Shown piece by piece: positions 18,100 through 28,267 of a stretch of 64,000 bases of DNA. Every line of letters begins with the position of its first letter. Within the stretch, counting starts at the first letter, position 1. The notes beneath the pieces are model-generated. The model searched no databases. It was not told the DNA's origin and saw nothing but the letters and a program-made list of their open reading frames with translations. The translations under genes were made by a program, and so were the position numbers. This DNA is from Nitrosopumilus sp. (lineage in GTDB: Archaea > Thermoproteota > Nitrososphaeria > Nitrososphaerales > Nitrosopumilaceae), in the NCBI GenBank assembly GCA_965219345.1, contig OZ244732.1:1024001-1088000 (forward strand), read 5' to 3'.

Positions 18100-18873
18100 A
18101 TGATTACTGTAAAACTTGTTGGCGGTGCAAAAAAATCTTTTTCAACAGGACAATTACAGATTGATAAATATGATATCTCCATTCAGGAATTACTTGATTT
18201 ATTGTTAGAATTAAAACCCGCTAATACTCCTGATCTGGATACTGAAAACATCTTGATTGCAATAAATGGTTCTGATTCCTCTGCAATGGAAGGAAAATCT
18301 ACTAAGATAAAAAACAATGATCTTGTAAGCATTATACCTGTAATTCATGGCGGCTCACCCAAAAAACTAACTTTCCAAGTATTAAAAAAACAAATTCAAA
18401 TAATTGAGATTACAGGTCAAATAACAATTGATGTAAAGTTCCTTGATAATTTAAGAAAAAGATACCCAAAAATCAAACTTCAGGCAGTATCAAGTAATTT
18501 TGTCTTGAATAATTATCATTTAAAAAAAATTTTATCTTTATCTTTAGAATCAGAAAAAAATGATATTTTACTTTCAAATAAACTCGAAACTGATATTTTG
18601 ATGCGTTTTGCATTGACTAAACAAATTTCTGAAGCAATAATAAATGCTGGAATAAAGCCAAAAACTAATTTTATTTTGATTGCAGTTGGAAATAAAAAAA
18701 TATTAAATTCATTATACGAAGAATTATTACCATTGTCAGTAAACCTATTTTTAAAAAATAATGATTTGTTTCTAAAAAAATATTTTAAGATTACAAAAAA
18801 ACAACTTGATTCAGTTTATTCAAAAAATTCTCTGGAAGATATTTTGGTAGAAAAGGCGGCAATTTTACTCTGA
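18100..18873 (+). CDS. MoaD/ThiS (SAMP/Urm1-like) domain fused to KEOPS subunit Cgi121
   Basis: A ubiquitin-like N-domain ends IIPVIHGG and is followed by Cgi121-like SNKLETDILMRFALTKQISEAI...GIK. Confidence 0.75.
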   Translation: MITVKLVGGAKKSFSTGQLQIDKYDISIQELLDLLLELKPANTPDLDTENILIAINGSDSSAMEGKSTKIKNNDLVSIIPVIHGGSPKKLTFQVLKKQIQIIEITGQITIDVKFLDNLRKRYPKIKLQAVSSNFVLNNYHLKKILSLSLESEKNDILLSNKLETDILMRFALTKQISEAIINAGIKPKTNFILIAVGNKKILNSLYEELLPLSVNLFLKNNDLFLKKYFKITKKQLDSVYSKNSLEDILVEKAAILL

Positions 18874-19386
18874 GATACTACGTTTAGTCTTTTCAACGCT
18901 TAACACATCTGCTTTTTTTAATATAGAAATCCCTGTTTTATCACCTAAGATTTCAATTAAGATAACTTTGTCGGAAAATTCAAGTGATACTTTATTTTTT
19001 ATTTTACTTGCTATTTTTGAAATAATTTCTTGACTGGACAAATCTGAATTTCTTTTTTCTATTGATATTCTGTATGTTTCTTCCTTAGAAATTTGTTCGG
19101 ATATGCCTGTAACAGTTTTTTCTATTTCTTCAATTTTTGTTTTAATGACTTTTTGAATTGGTATGATTCTTAGACAATATCTGATACTCCAAGGTTCTTC
19201 AAGAAGCATTTCTTTAATTTTTCTTACAACCTTAATCGGTTCGAGCTTTGTTTCAGCAGTCAAAATTCCTGACATGTTTGTGATTGAAACTTTAGCATCA
19301 GAATCTCCCAACTCTTCCAGAACATCCCTTAATTCTTTCTCAGTTTCTGGTTCAAGATGCCTTGCACAAGTAACGATCAAATTCAT
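18865..19386 (-). CDS. THUMP domain RNA-binding protein
   Basis: YRISIEKRNS...KVSLEFSDKVILIEILG THUMP pattern. Confidence 0.8.
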   Translation of the reverse strand: MNLIVTCARHLEPETEKELRDVLEELGDSDAKVSITNMSGILTAETKLEPIKVVRKIKEMLLEEPWSIRYCLRIIPIQKVIKTKIEEIEKTVTGISEQISKEETYRISIEKRNSDLSSQEIISKIASKIKNKVSLEFSDKVILIEILGDKTGISILKKADVLSVEKTKRSISE

Positions 19387-19979
19387 AATTCCAAAATCTC
19401 CTCGTAACTTAATGAGCCTTCTCGAATAATTTTGATCTCACTATTTTCTATCTCAATTATGGTTGATTCTCCTTTGCCAGTTATTATTCCTCCATCAACA
19501 AAAACATCGTATTTTCTAAAATTATTGAAACATTCATCAGGCCTGGTAAATGATGGATGTTCAGAAACATTTGCGCTAGTACCTACAAGAAAATTACATT
19601 TTTTCAATAATTCTAATGTACATTTATGATTAGGAACTCTTACAGCAATTTTGTCTGTTATATTCAATGATTCTTTTAGCTTTTCATCAGTTAATTTTAG
19701 AATTATTGTCAGTGGTCCTGGCCAAAATCTTTCTACAATTTTTTTAGCAAACTCATCAAAAAAAGCAATCCCTTCTGCAATATCTTTTGAATATGCTAAA
19801 ACTGGAAATGGTTTTGAAATATTTCTGGATTTAATATCATAAATTTTTCTCACTGAATCTTTGTTGTATGGATCACATCCTACTCCATATACTGTATCTG
19901 TTGGGAAAACAACAATCCCCCCTTGATTAATAATTTGAGATGCCTTTTCAATTCCCTCTTTATCGCAATTTACTTTCAA
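19383..19979 (-). CDS. sua5: L-threonylcarbamoyladenylate synthase (Sua5/TsaC)
   Basis: VFPTDTVYG, K.R, FWPGPLT, TSANVS and STII motifs. Confidence 0.9.
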   Translation of the reverse strand: MKVNCDKEGIEKASQIINQGGIVVFPTDTVYGVGCDPYNKDSVRKIYDIKSRNISKPFPVLAYSKDIAEGIAFFDEFAKKIVERFWPGPLTIILKLTDEKLKESLNITDKIAVRVPNHKCTLELLKKCNFLVGTSANVSEHPSFTRPDECFNNFRKYDVFVDGGIITGKGESTIIEIENSEIKIIREGSLSYEEILEL

Positions 19980-20060
19980 TATCTATCCTAATCTTTTTTG
20001 TTTAATTATCATTTACTTTTGAATAAGTTTTTAACAGTAGAAAATTTTCATTTGTAAAGT

Positions 20061-20141
20061 ATGTCCAAACCTTCTACCAATCATGAGGACACAGATTTTG
20101 AAGATGATTTTGATGATGAATTAGATGAAATAGAAGACTAG
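20061..20141 (+). CDS. Putative 26-aa highly acidic peptide
   Basis: MSKPSTNHEDTDFEDDFDDELDEIED*, with a TATA-like TTTTTAA about 26 nt upstream; below the ORF-track cutoff. Confidence 0.4.
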   Translation: MSKPSTNHEDTDFEDDFDDELDEIED

Positions 20142-20425
20142 ATGCTTAATCCAAAACTATCTGCAAAGTTTGTAAAAGTATAATATGCTTGAAGAAATTC
20201 TCTACCCGATTGACTAATTTTATATTTATTTGAACCTTGAGAATCAACTCGTTCTAAAAGCCCTTGAGATACTAGGGTTTTCAAAATTCTTGAAATTCTG
20301 GAATGAGAAATGTTTGCTTTTCTAATAAGATAAGTAACTGATGCCCCGTTCTCATCTTGTAAATCATCTTGAGTTGTTGATAGGATATCCCCAATAATTT
20401 TCATATGAGTCCGATATTCTGTCAT
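20138..20425 (-). CDS. Winged-helix transcriptional regulator
   Basis: YRTHMKIIGDIL...LIRKANISHSR...GLLE...YKISQSGREFL. Confidence 0.85.
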   Translation of the reverse strand: MTEYRTHMKIIGDILSTTQDDLQDENGASVTYLIRKANISHSRISRILKTLVSQGLLERVDSQGSNKYKISQSGREFLQAYYTFTNFADSFGLSI

Positions 20426-20545
20426 TTTCTCTACACATAATATGTCAGATTTCTATGAGAGGGCAATGATATTTTCCAATATACTAAAAAGATAAAAGAA
20501 ATTGACAAATTTTTAGCAATTAAAAATTTTGAGCCTGTGTTAAAA

Positions 20546-21187
20546 TTATTCTAATCCTTCATCAAATTTTATCTTAGCAAAGGGTACCTTGCTCACAGGA
20601 ATGAATAATGCAATCAACCCTCCAATTTTGATTGTAATTGATATATAATATAGAATTGATTCTGGGAACAGAAAAGAATACCATCCCAAAAATTCCCCTA
20701 ATGCTAAGAGTGATAGTCCAACAGAAACTGATATTGTATCTTTTTTTCTATTATCAAAATACGATAACATTGTTTCAATGGCACCATATGCCAACAAAAT
20801 AAACGAAACTGCTCTGAAAATATGTTCTATCTGAACAGAAGAAATTAGGAATAATGGAAAAACTCCAATTGATCTAAAGTATCTGGATTTTGGAAAAAAT
20901 GATTTTATACTATGTGAAAACGCAATGAAAAAGTACCCAACTGTTTGAATTGCAATTCCCAAAGTTTGAACCCATCTCTCTATGCTTCCAGATTTTATAA
21001 CAAAGTCTTCTGTCAGGTATCCCAACCATATTACAAAAAATCCGAAACTTATCGAAAAAAATGCAATTGTTAATCTGAATAATGTGGGACTTCCTGTATT
21101 TCTAAATCCAATTAGTGACATTATTCCTATAACCAGTCCTACTAAAAATCCTATCAAGTTAAGTACATTTTCCAATAAAAATTCCAA
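20546..21187 (-). CDS. Multi-pass membrane hypothetical protein
   Basis: About 7 hydrophobic helices. Confidence 0.7.
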   Translation of the reverse strand: MEFLLENVLNLIGFLVGLVIGIMSLIGFRNTGSPTLFRLTIAFFSISFGFFVIWLGYLTEDFVIKSGSIERWVQTLGIAIQTVGYFFIAFSHSIKSFFPKSRYFRSIGVFPLFLISSVQIEHIFRAVSFILLAYGAIETMLSYFDNRKKDTISVSVGLSLLALGEFLGWYSFLFPESILYYISITIKIGGLIALFIPVSKVPFAKIKFDEGLE

Positions 21188-21247
21188 TGATGTTTAGAAA
21201 CCTGTTAAACTAATTATTTTAATCTGATGAATGATTTCACCATGTTG

Positions 21248-21457
21248 TTAATCCCATTCATCCAATGAACCTGAAGATTGGCCCTCTGTGCTACCTGTAT
21301 AATCTCCAAGAATATCTGAGTATCTAGCTTCATTATGCGCTACAAATTTTACATATTCTCCATAACTCATTTCAAAATCACAAGAACCACATTTTACTAA
21401 GGAAAAATCCATTGTCAATTCAGCATCTTCCTTGCATTTTGGGCATTTTATCTTCAT
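21248..21457 (-). CDS. Small Zn-ribbon protein
   Basis: CPKC...CGSC. Confidence 0.7.
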   Translation of the reverse strand: MKIKCPKCKEDAELTMDFSLVKCGSCDFEMSYGEYVKFVAHNEARYSDILGDYTGSTEGQSSGSLDEWD

Positions 21458-21522
21458 GAAGAGTTTTGTCTTTGTTAATTATTATTGCTTTATAATCAAT
21501 AAAAGATAAAAGGAGTTCATTA

Positions 21523-21816
21523 TTGTTAATTTTCATGAGTCGTATCTGCACAAAATGTAAGAATTCTATTGCTGATAATGAAGAACTTGGAATTGTTGCT
21601 GAGAAATACCCTACTTGCAATAAATGTTGGGCTGAATGGAAAGAATACCAAGTGATGGTAATGAATGAAATGAAACTCGATATGTCTATGGCAGATCATA
21701 GAAAATTATTGAAAAAACACGAAAAGATCTTTGTAGGTGTATTGTCTCCTGAAGGAGAAATTATTGATTATACAAATGAAGATAACAGAAAACCTGATGA
21801 ACCTACAGGTACCTAA
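21523..21816 (+). CDS. Fe(II)-trafficking YggX-like protein
   Basis: C.KCWAEWKEYQVMVMNEMKLDMS..DHRKLL resembles YggX. Confidence 0.7.
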   Translation: MLIFMSRICTKCKNSIADNEELGIVAEKYPTCNKCWAEWKEYQVMVMNEMKLDMSMADHRKLLKKHEKIFVGVLSPEGEIIDYTNEDNRKPDEPTGT

Positions 21817-22274
21817 AACTTCAACTGTTTTTTAGCATTATCTGGTATTATTATCAAAATTTTTCTTTTTCCTTCCTCATTTAGATTATTGATGATATTT
21901 TTAATTGTATTAGAAAGAGTTTCTTTTTCATTTTCCTCTAATGTTAAAAATATTTCTAGAATCCCATCCAAATTGAATGTGATTAATTTTCGTGGAGATT
22001 GTGACACCTCTGTGATGTATGCTGAAAACAATCCTGTTCTTTGCTCTTCTGAGAGAGCTGCTAAAATTTTAAGCCACGTTTTGAAAAGCTTTGAAAAGTT
22101 GGGAAATGGAACAGTTGGACCTGCTTCTAATGCATTGTTTATAACCTCTTTTTGTTCTGCTTCAGACAATGAAAAAAATTCTACCATTCTCTTTTTCAAA
22201 ATTGGATTTCTTAGAAAGTCTGGAAGACTAGCCAGGTTAATTATGATATTTCCAGCAAAATTTTCTCCTACCAT
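21813..22274 (-). CDS. Conserved hypothetical protein
   Basis: Clean ORF in core gene context. Confidence 0.65.
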   Translation of the reverse strand: MVGENFAGNIIINLASLPDFLRNPILKKRMVEFFSLSEAEQKEVINNALEAGPTVPFPNFSKLFKTWLKILAALSEEQRTGLFSAYITEVSQSPRKLITFNLDGILEIFLTLEENEKETLSNTIKNIINNLNEEGKRKILIIIPDNAKKQLKF

Positions 22275-22356
22275 AGATCTAAAAGAATTACTATTGGGTA
22301 TAAAATCAATTGCAAATACTTTAGCTTAAATAAACGAAATAAAACTTCAACAGCAC

Positions 22357-23358
22357 ATGACATCAACTGTAGTTGTTGGCGGATTTTTTGGAGACGAAGG
22401 TAAAGGAAAGATTATCTCATATTTGGCAATCAAAGACAATCCAAAAATTGTAGTACGAGGTGGTGCCGGTCCAAATGCTGGCCATACAATTAGAGATGGT
22501 GATAAAGTATACAAAGTTAGAATGCTTCCAAGCGGTTTTCTCAATAAAGATGCTAAAGTAATGATTGGCCCTGGAGTCGTTGTCAATCCTGATATTCTGA
22601 AAAAAGAAATTCAAGATTTTAATGCGTCAGGACGCTCATTTATTGATAGACACTGTGGTATTATTGAAGAAACCCATCAAATACAAGATTCTAAGGGTGA
22701 ATTAAAAGAAAAAATTGGAAGTACTGGCTCTGGCACAGGTCCTGCTAATGCCGATAGGGCTATGAGAGTTTTAAAATTGGCAAAAGACACTGAATCTTTA
22801 TCTTCACTTGTTATAGATGTCCCTCATGAGATAAATTCCGCACTTTCTGCAAATGAGAATGTACTAGTGGAGGGCACACAAGGAACTTTTCTTTCCTTAT
22901 GGCATGGAACATATCCATTTGTGACCTCAAAAGATGTCACTGCATCTGGAATATGTGCTGATGTTGGTCTTGGTCCTACCAAGGTTGATGAGGTAATTGT
23001 TGTTTTCAAATCATATGTTACGCGTGTTGGAACTGGTCCTCTTGAGAACGAACTCTCACTGGAGGAGGCAGAAAAAAAAGGATGGTCAGAATTTGGTACT
23101 GTAACTGGTCGTCAGAGACGTGCTGCTAATTTTGATTTTGATTTAGCTAGGCGTGCAATCATGCTTAATGGTGCAACCCAAATCTCTATAACAAAATTAG
23201 ATGTTCTTTTTCCTGATTGTGCTAGTAAAAATTCATTTGATGATCTATCTATAGATGCAAAAGCATTCATAAAAAATATTGAAGATGAATTAAATACGCC
23301 TGTAACAATTATTGGAACTGGTCCAGACATTATTGATGTCATTGATAGAAGAAGCTAG
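22357..23358 (+). CDS. purA: Adenylosuccinate synthetase
   Basis: GDEGKGK, GPNAGHT, EGTQG, YPFVTS and GTVTGRQRR. Confidence 0.97.
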   Translation: MTSTVVVGGFFGDEGKGKIISYLAIKDNPKIVVRGGAGPNAGHTIRDGDKVYKVRMLPSGFLNKDAKVMIGPGVVVNPDILKKEIQDFNASGRSFIDRHCGIIEETHQIQDSKGELKEKIGSTGSGTGPANADRAMRVLKLAKDTESLSSLVIDVPHEINSALSANENVLVEGTQGTFLSLWHGTYPFVTSKDVTASGICADVGLGPTKVDEVIVVFKSYVTRVGTGPLENELSLEEAEKKGWSEFGTVTGRQRRAANFDFDLARRAIMLNGATQISITKLDVLFPDCASKNSFDDLSIDAKAFIKNIEDELNTPVTIIGTGPDIIDVIDRRS

Positions 23359-23407
23359 GCTCCAAAGTTTTGGATAAGTTTAATTTGATAACTGACAGAA
23401 AATCTTT

Positions 23408-24094
23408 GTGGACAAATTACAAAATGCCTCTAATGATAAATTACCACGTTACATACAAGTAAATTCAACTTTAGAATTCTCTAGACTTGTTTGTGCACTC
23501 GAGCGTGCACCACGTGTATCTTTTTTACATGATTATGATGGGCAGAAAATTTTGTCTGTACAAATGGATGTCCTTAAAGAAAAACCAATTGTTTACTATA
23601 CCCCTCTGGAATATAGTGGTCATTATCTTTGCTATGGATTAAAAAAAGGAAAAGAAGAGTCTGAAATTGCTGATACCGCCTCTGATACTAGCAAACTATA
23701 TTCCCCTATAGTTCGAATTAAATCTCTTCCAAAAACTTTGAGACCGGGTAATGGAACTCTTGATAGATATCAACCAATTGAATTAGAAGATATGTCAAGT
23801 CTTGCAAAACTTACTTGGGGTTTTGATGAAATTCCTTTTCCACTATTTCTATTTCCACGCAATGACAAATGGCTTATTGGAGTTTTCATGAATTTCAACG
23901 AAGAAGGGACATCTTACTTTTGTCATGTAGTTTTAGATAACGATCCACAAAAGCCGTTCATGAAATTTTCATCAAACAATGGCTCTGAACCCATTTTTGT
24001 AGAAAATCCCTCTGAACACGGTTATTCATATGTCAAAATAATAAAATTAAAAGACACACATCCGTTAGTTGATTATGGTCACCTTCAAAACTAG
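23408..24094 (+). CDS. Conserved hypothetical protein
   Basis: ORF between purA and pyrF, overlapping the pyrF start. Confidence 0.7.
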   Translation: MDKLQNASNDKLPRYIQVNSTLEFSRLVCALERAPRVSFLHDYDGQKILSVQMDVLKEKPIVYYTPLEYSGHYLCYGLKKGKEESEIADTASDTSKLYSPIVRIKSLPKTLRPGNGTLDRYQPIELEDMSSLAKLTWGFDEIPFPLFLFPRNDKWLIGVFMNFNEEGTSYFCHVVLDNDPQKPFMKFSSNNGSEPIFVENPSEHGYSYVKIIKLKDTHPLVDYGHLQN

Positions 24095-24815
24095 ACTTTC
24101 AAAATCCTCAAAAACAAACGGAAACGTAATTCTTGCTAATGATTATGATCACTCAGTCAAAAATTTAGAAGCAAAAACTATTGAAAATATCAAACAATTA
24201 CATCCTTTTCTATGTGGAATTAAACTAAATTTTCATTTACTCCTTCCTTTGAGCGGTAAAGAAATTCTCAAAATCAACAAAACAGCCCATCGATATGGTT
24301 TACAAACAATTGCAGACATCAAAATTAATGATATTGGAAATACTAATCGAGTAACAACAGAGAATCTTTGGAATTTAGGATTTGATGCAGTCATTGCAAA
24401 TCCTATAATGGGTCTTGATAGTTTGAAAAATCTTGTAAAATCTGCCCATAAACATGACAAAGGTGTAATTACTTTATGTCATATGAGTGCGCCAGAAGCT
24501 AAGTTATCCTATGATATGGAGGTAAAAATGGGGAAAAAGCAGCAATTATACCAATTATTTTTGAATTGGGCTCTAACTGCCAGAGTTGATGGTATTGTAG
24601 TAGGAGCTACTTTTCCAAAAATTATTCGGTACTGCTCTAAAAAAGCAGGAAAAAACTTGAGCATATTCTCTCCAGGTGTTGGTACTCAGGGTGGAAGTGC
24701 AAATGAAGTAATATCATCTGGGACTAATTATCTGATTGTTGGTAGAACTATCCTCAATGCTAAAAATCCTATAACTGCAGCAAAGAAATTACAGCTACAA
24801 AGTCTTGGTAAGTAG
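24075..24815 (+). CDS. pyrF: Orotidine-5'-phosphate decarboxylase
   Basis: IADIKINDIGNT, PGVGTQGG and IVGRTI. Confidence 0.95.
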   Translation: MVTFKTRLSKSSKTNGNVILANDYDHSVKNLEAKTIENIKQLHPFLCGIKLNFHLLLPLSGKEILKINKTAHRYGLQTIADIKINDIGNTNRVTTENLWNLGFDAVIANPIMGLDSLKNLVKSAHKHDKGVITLCHMSAPEAKLSYDMEVKMGKKQQLYQLFLNWALTARVDGIVVGATFPKIIRYCSKKAGKNLSIFSPGVGTQGGSANEVISSGTNYLIVGRTILNAKNPITAAKKLQLQSLGK

Positions 24816-25214
24816 CATTTGTGCTCTTGTTAACACAGTTTTTGCATTATCAAATGTAGTTTTTTCCATGGATGTGCTATAATCCATCCAAGTATAATCA
24901 AGATGTTCGTGTGAAATCATAACTTTTTTAGTTTTTGTTTCAGCTAAGAAAAACACTACCTTCTTGCAAACTAATTCTCCCTGATACTGAAATTCATATT
25001 TAATCCATTCTTCAAAATTTTCTAAAAATGTAATGTCTGTAATTCCAGTCTCTTCTTTAGCTTCTCTAATTGCAGTTTCATGAGTTGATTCACCTTCTTC
25101 CATTTTTCCTTTTACAAAATCCCAATGTCCAGAAGGATAGTGTAAAAGTAAAAATAAGATTTTTGAATCTTCTTTTCTAAATAATACCATCCCAGCAGAA
25201 GTTTCTTCTATCAT
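24795..25214 (-). CDS. NUDIX hydrolase (Ap4A hydrolase-like)
   Basis: WDFVKGKMEEGE...AIREAKEETG Nudix box and SHEH. Confidence 0.9.
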   Translation of the reverse strand: MIEETSAGMVLFRKEDSKILFLLLHYPSGHWDFVKGKMEEGESTHETAIREAKEETGITDITFLENFEEWIKYEFQYQGELVCKKVVFFLAETKTKKVMISHEHLDYTWMDYSTSMEKTTFDNAKTVLTRAQMLLTKTL

Positions 25215-26002
25215 TTTCCTAATCTTCTTTTTCTTTCTTGAAAAGTTCTAATTGCTCTCATTAAATCAATTTTTCTAAATTCTGGCCAAAAAATATCCAT
25301 GAAGACCAATTCACTATAAGCACTTTGCCACATAAGGAATCCACTTAATCTCTTTTCTCCTGATGTTCGTAAAATCATATCTGGGGATGATTGTGGCAAG
25401 TGTGATGTGTAAAGATTTGACTCAATCTCCTTTTTGTTAATATCATCTATCTTCAGAGAACCATCCTTGATTTTTTCTCCTATTTTCTTAATTGCATCTA
25501 CTAACTCATATTGTCCTCCATATGCTAATGCAATATTCAGAAAATGATTGTCATAATTTTTTGTAGCATCATCTAATCGTTTTAAAATATCTTTGATTGA
25601 ATTTGGCAGTAGCTCAATTCTTCCAATACCTTTGACTCTCATTTTACATCTATGTATTCTAGGATCATTGTATAATTTCTCAAGTCTCATACGAATTAAT
25701 TCATAGATATATTCTAATTCCTTATCCTTTCTATTCAAATTCTCAGCTGAAAGTGCGTATAATGTAATAATTTTAATATCAAACTCTTCACACCAATCAA
25801 GAAGATTTTCTACTGCATCAGCTCCTTTCCAATGACCTTTTTCTGCTATTGTTAAATGTCTCTTAGCCCATCTTCTGTTTCCGTCTAAGATTAAAGCAAC
25901 ATGATTAGGAATGTCTCCATTTTGAATTTCATTTTCTAGCCTTTTTCCATAGATCTTATAGATTCCTGTTAACTGAAAGATTATTTCTATTATTTTACTA
26001 AT
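25211..26002 (-). CDS. uppS: cis-prenyltransferase (polyprenyl diphosphate synthase), probable ATT start
   Basis: HVALILDGNRRW lies upstream of the ORF-track start. The frame is open to 26008, with an AGGTGA SD followed by ATT AGT AAA. YGG and RTSGEKRLS motifs are present. Confidence 0.9.
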   Translation of the reverse strand: MSKIIEIIFQLTGIYKIYGKRLENEIQNGDIPNHVALILDGNRRWAKRHLTIAEKGHWKGADAVENLLDWCEEFDIKIITLYALSAENLNRKDKELEYIYELIRMRLEKLYNDPRIHRCKMRVKGIGRIELLPNSIKDILKRLDDATKNYDNHFLNIALAYGGQYELVDAIKKIGEKIKDGSLKIDDINKKEIESNLYTSHLPQSSPDMILRTSGEKRLSGFLMWQSAYSELVFMDIFWPEFRKIDLMRAIRTFQERKRRLGK

Positions 26003-26088
26003 ATTTTCTCACCTTTGATGATTAGTACACAATTGAAGATATCAGTGTTTTCTGAAATTAATTTTTTATTATAGATTTAGGCTTAAAT

Positions 26089-27234
26089 TTAGTCTGAAAC
26101 CATCTCTTGATCTTTATGTTTTCTGTATTTCTTAAAGAGAATAGTAGCTGAAACTAAAGTTGCTGCTAGTCCTCCTAATAGGGGAGGAATCAACGTAAAT
26201 GAGCTTTCATCATAAATCATTATGTTGGTAAATTGAAATATAGTAGGATACAGTGCTACTAATACAATAATTCTTAGAATATCTGTTATTTGTCTAGGAA
26301 CTCCTCCAATCCAATTACTAAGAAGTGTTCCAGCTACTATAGCTCCCATCCCAATCCATAATATTGGTAAAATTCCTGCAACAAATTGTCCAATGATTAC
26401 TTTGTTGGAAATTAACACAACTAGTTCTGCATTCTCTTCAATCAACTCAGAATCAACTGCATTTATTCCAGCTGGTACTGAAGAAAGAATTAGTAATATC
26501 CCTGCAACCATTGTAAAAATTCTGATAAAACCCATCGGAGTTGGTTTTGACCAATTTGACCATGCTCTATCAATATCAAATGCCCTAATCAAGAATGCAC
26601 CGCCCAAAATACTTACAAGAACAGCAAATATTTCTGCACTAAAATCAAATACAGTTGCAATTCCACCAATTAACAAAAGAATTCCTGGAACACCTAAAAA
26701 GAACTTTGAATATCTTGAATCATAAGCAATCATTTTAAGATATTTTCCAAAAACTGCATAAGAGTACTCTACACTTCTACTCACTTTCATTACAACACGT
26801 TGTACAGAGACAACTGGTAGAACATTTTGAATTACTGGAATAACACTTTCATCATCTTCACCATCAGAAACAATAACTGCGCCATTTGCGGAAAACTTTT
26901 CTAAAACCTTTCTTGTTTCAGCAAGAATTTTTTCATCTGCATGTATTCCTCTATTTTTAACTCCTGCAACAGTTACTACTTCAACTTTGTATCCTTTGCT
27001 AATTAAATCCTCATATGTTTTAATTGCCGCAAAAATTGAATTTGAATCCGCATCTTCAGGATCTTCTAAAGCTAATCTTTGTGCTGCCTCAATACATGCG
27101 TTTCTACCTATGACTGGTGTGATGATTCCTGCTTTTTCCCCTACATCATTGTCTCTATCGATACAAATTACAAGTAATTTGTTTGCGGTGGATGCATTAA
27201 CATCTTTTTCCACCTTTCCAGACTGTTGAGACAT
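26089..27234 (-). CDS. DUF373 family membrane protein
   Basis: CIDRDNDVG.K, DPEDADSN and SDGEDDE followed by TM helices. Confidence 0.85.
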   Translation of the reverse strand: MSQQSGKVEKDVNASTANKLLVICIDRDNDVGEKAGIITPVIGRNACIEAAQRLALEDPEDADSNSIFAAIKTYEDLISKGYKVEVVTVAGVKNRGIHADEKILAETRKVLEKFSANGAVIVSDGEDDESVIPVIQNVLPVVSVQRVVMKVSRSVEYSYAVFGKYLKMIAYDSRYSKFFLGVPGILLLIGGIATVFDFSAEIFAVLVSILGGAFLIRAFDIDRAWSNWSKPTPMGFIRIFTMVAGILLILSSVPAGINAVDSELIEENAELVVLISNKVIIGQFVAGILPILWIGMGAIVAGTLLSNWIGGVPRQITDILRIIVLVALYPTIFQFTNIMIYDESSFTLIPPLLGGLAATLVSATILFKKYRKHKDQEMVSD

Positions 27235-27305
27235 TCTAATTATTATTATAAAATTGCTTTTTAATGATTTCCAACAACTATAATTAGTAAAATTCGGTTT
27301 TGAGG

Positions 27306-27803
27306 CTAGGGTCTTAATTCATCAGATATTCTGACATATTCCAAATATTCCATTTTTAATATCTCTATTTTTAGCATAGTTTCTGACATCTCTCTTTCAA
27401 AACTTTCTTTTTCAATCAAATTTGCCACAACTTTGGTTTCTACAATATACTCATTAAATTTTTTCAACGCATCCATGTAAGTAATGTAACTATCTTGCCA
27501 TTCTTCAGAAGGTTTTGATGTGACAAATTCACTAATTTGTGAAGTTACTTGTGATGATGTTACTTCAGCTATTGATATGTAATCACTTGGAGAAATATTC
27601 CCGTTGTGAAGGTTTTGATATTCTATGTCAATTGACTCTTGTAAGACTTCATGAATATTTTTCACTCCATCAATGTACTTACCATAATCAGATATCACAA
27701 ATGTTGTTTCATTATTTTCTGGAATTACCCATGACAGGAAACTTGCACCCGTGATTATGGCTAATATTGTGACAGTGATTATAATTCCCTTTTTTGATGC
27801 CAT
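27306..27803 (-). CDS. Membrane-anchored hypothetical protein
   Basis: N-terminal TM helix and a helical body. Confidence 0.7.
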   Translation of the reverse strand: MASKKGIIITVTILAIITGASFLSWVIPENNETTFVISDYGKYIDGVKNIHEVLQESIDIEYQNLHNGNISPSDYISIAEVTSSQVTSQISEFVTSKPSEEWQDSYITYMDALKKFNEYIVETKVVANLIEKESFEREMSETMLKIEILKMEYLEYVRISDELRP

Positions 27804-28054
27804 TTTGTAACTTAATGATTAAGGAGCTTATAACTGGTAATCTTCTAAAAAATCATTATTTATTAAATGAATGTTAGAAAAAAAAACTCTTATTGTATAA
27901 TTCTAACCAAAATTTTTTGAAAAATACTTACATTCATTAAATTTTTTAAAATTATCACTTTTTTATGCCTAAAAAAATTTACGTACATCTAGTCTATAGT
28001 TAAATAATTTTCACAGCCTCTTCCTAAATACCACAAAGGTTGACAAATTTTAGA

Positions 28055-28201
28055 ATGGTTACAGCATATTGCGTAAAATGCAGAGCTAAAAGGGACATCA
28101 AAGATCCTAAGGAAACTAAACTAAAGAATGGACGCCCTGCCGTAAAAGGTACGTGCCCTCAATGTGGAACTAAAGTTTTCCGTATAGGCAAGATGGAATA
28201 A
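28055..28201 (+). CDS. Small basic Zn-ribbon protein (DUF5679-like)
   Basis: MVTAYCVKCRAKRDIKDPKETKLKNGRPAVKGTCPQCGTKVFRIGKME*; absent from the ORF track because it is only 48 aa. Confidence 0.85.
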   Translation: MVTAYCVKCRAKRDIKDPKETKLKNGRPAVKGTCPQCGTKVFRIGKME

Positions 28202-28267
28202 CCTACAAAAAATCCACACGATTTCTCTTTTTCAAAACCCATATAGGGCTACCATGTACAATTTTTT

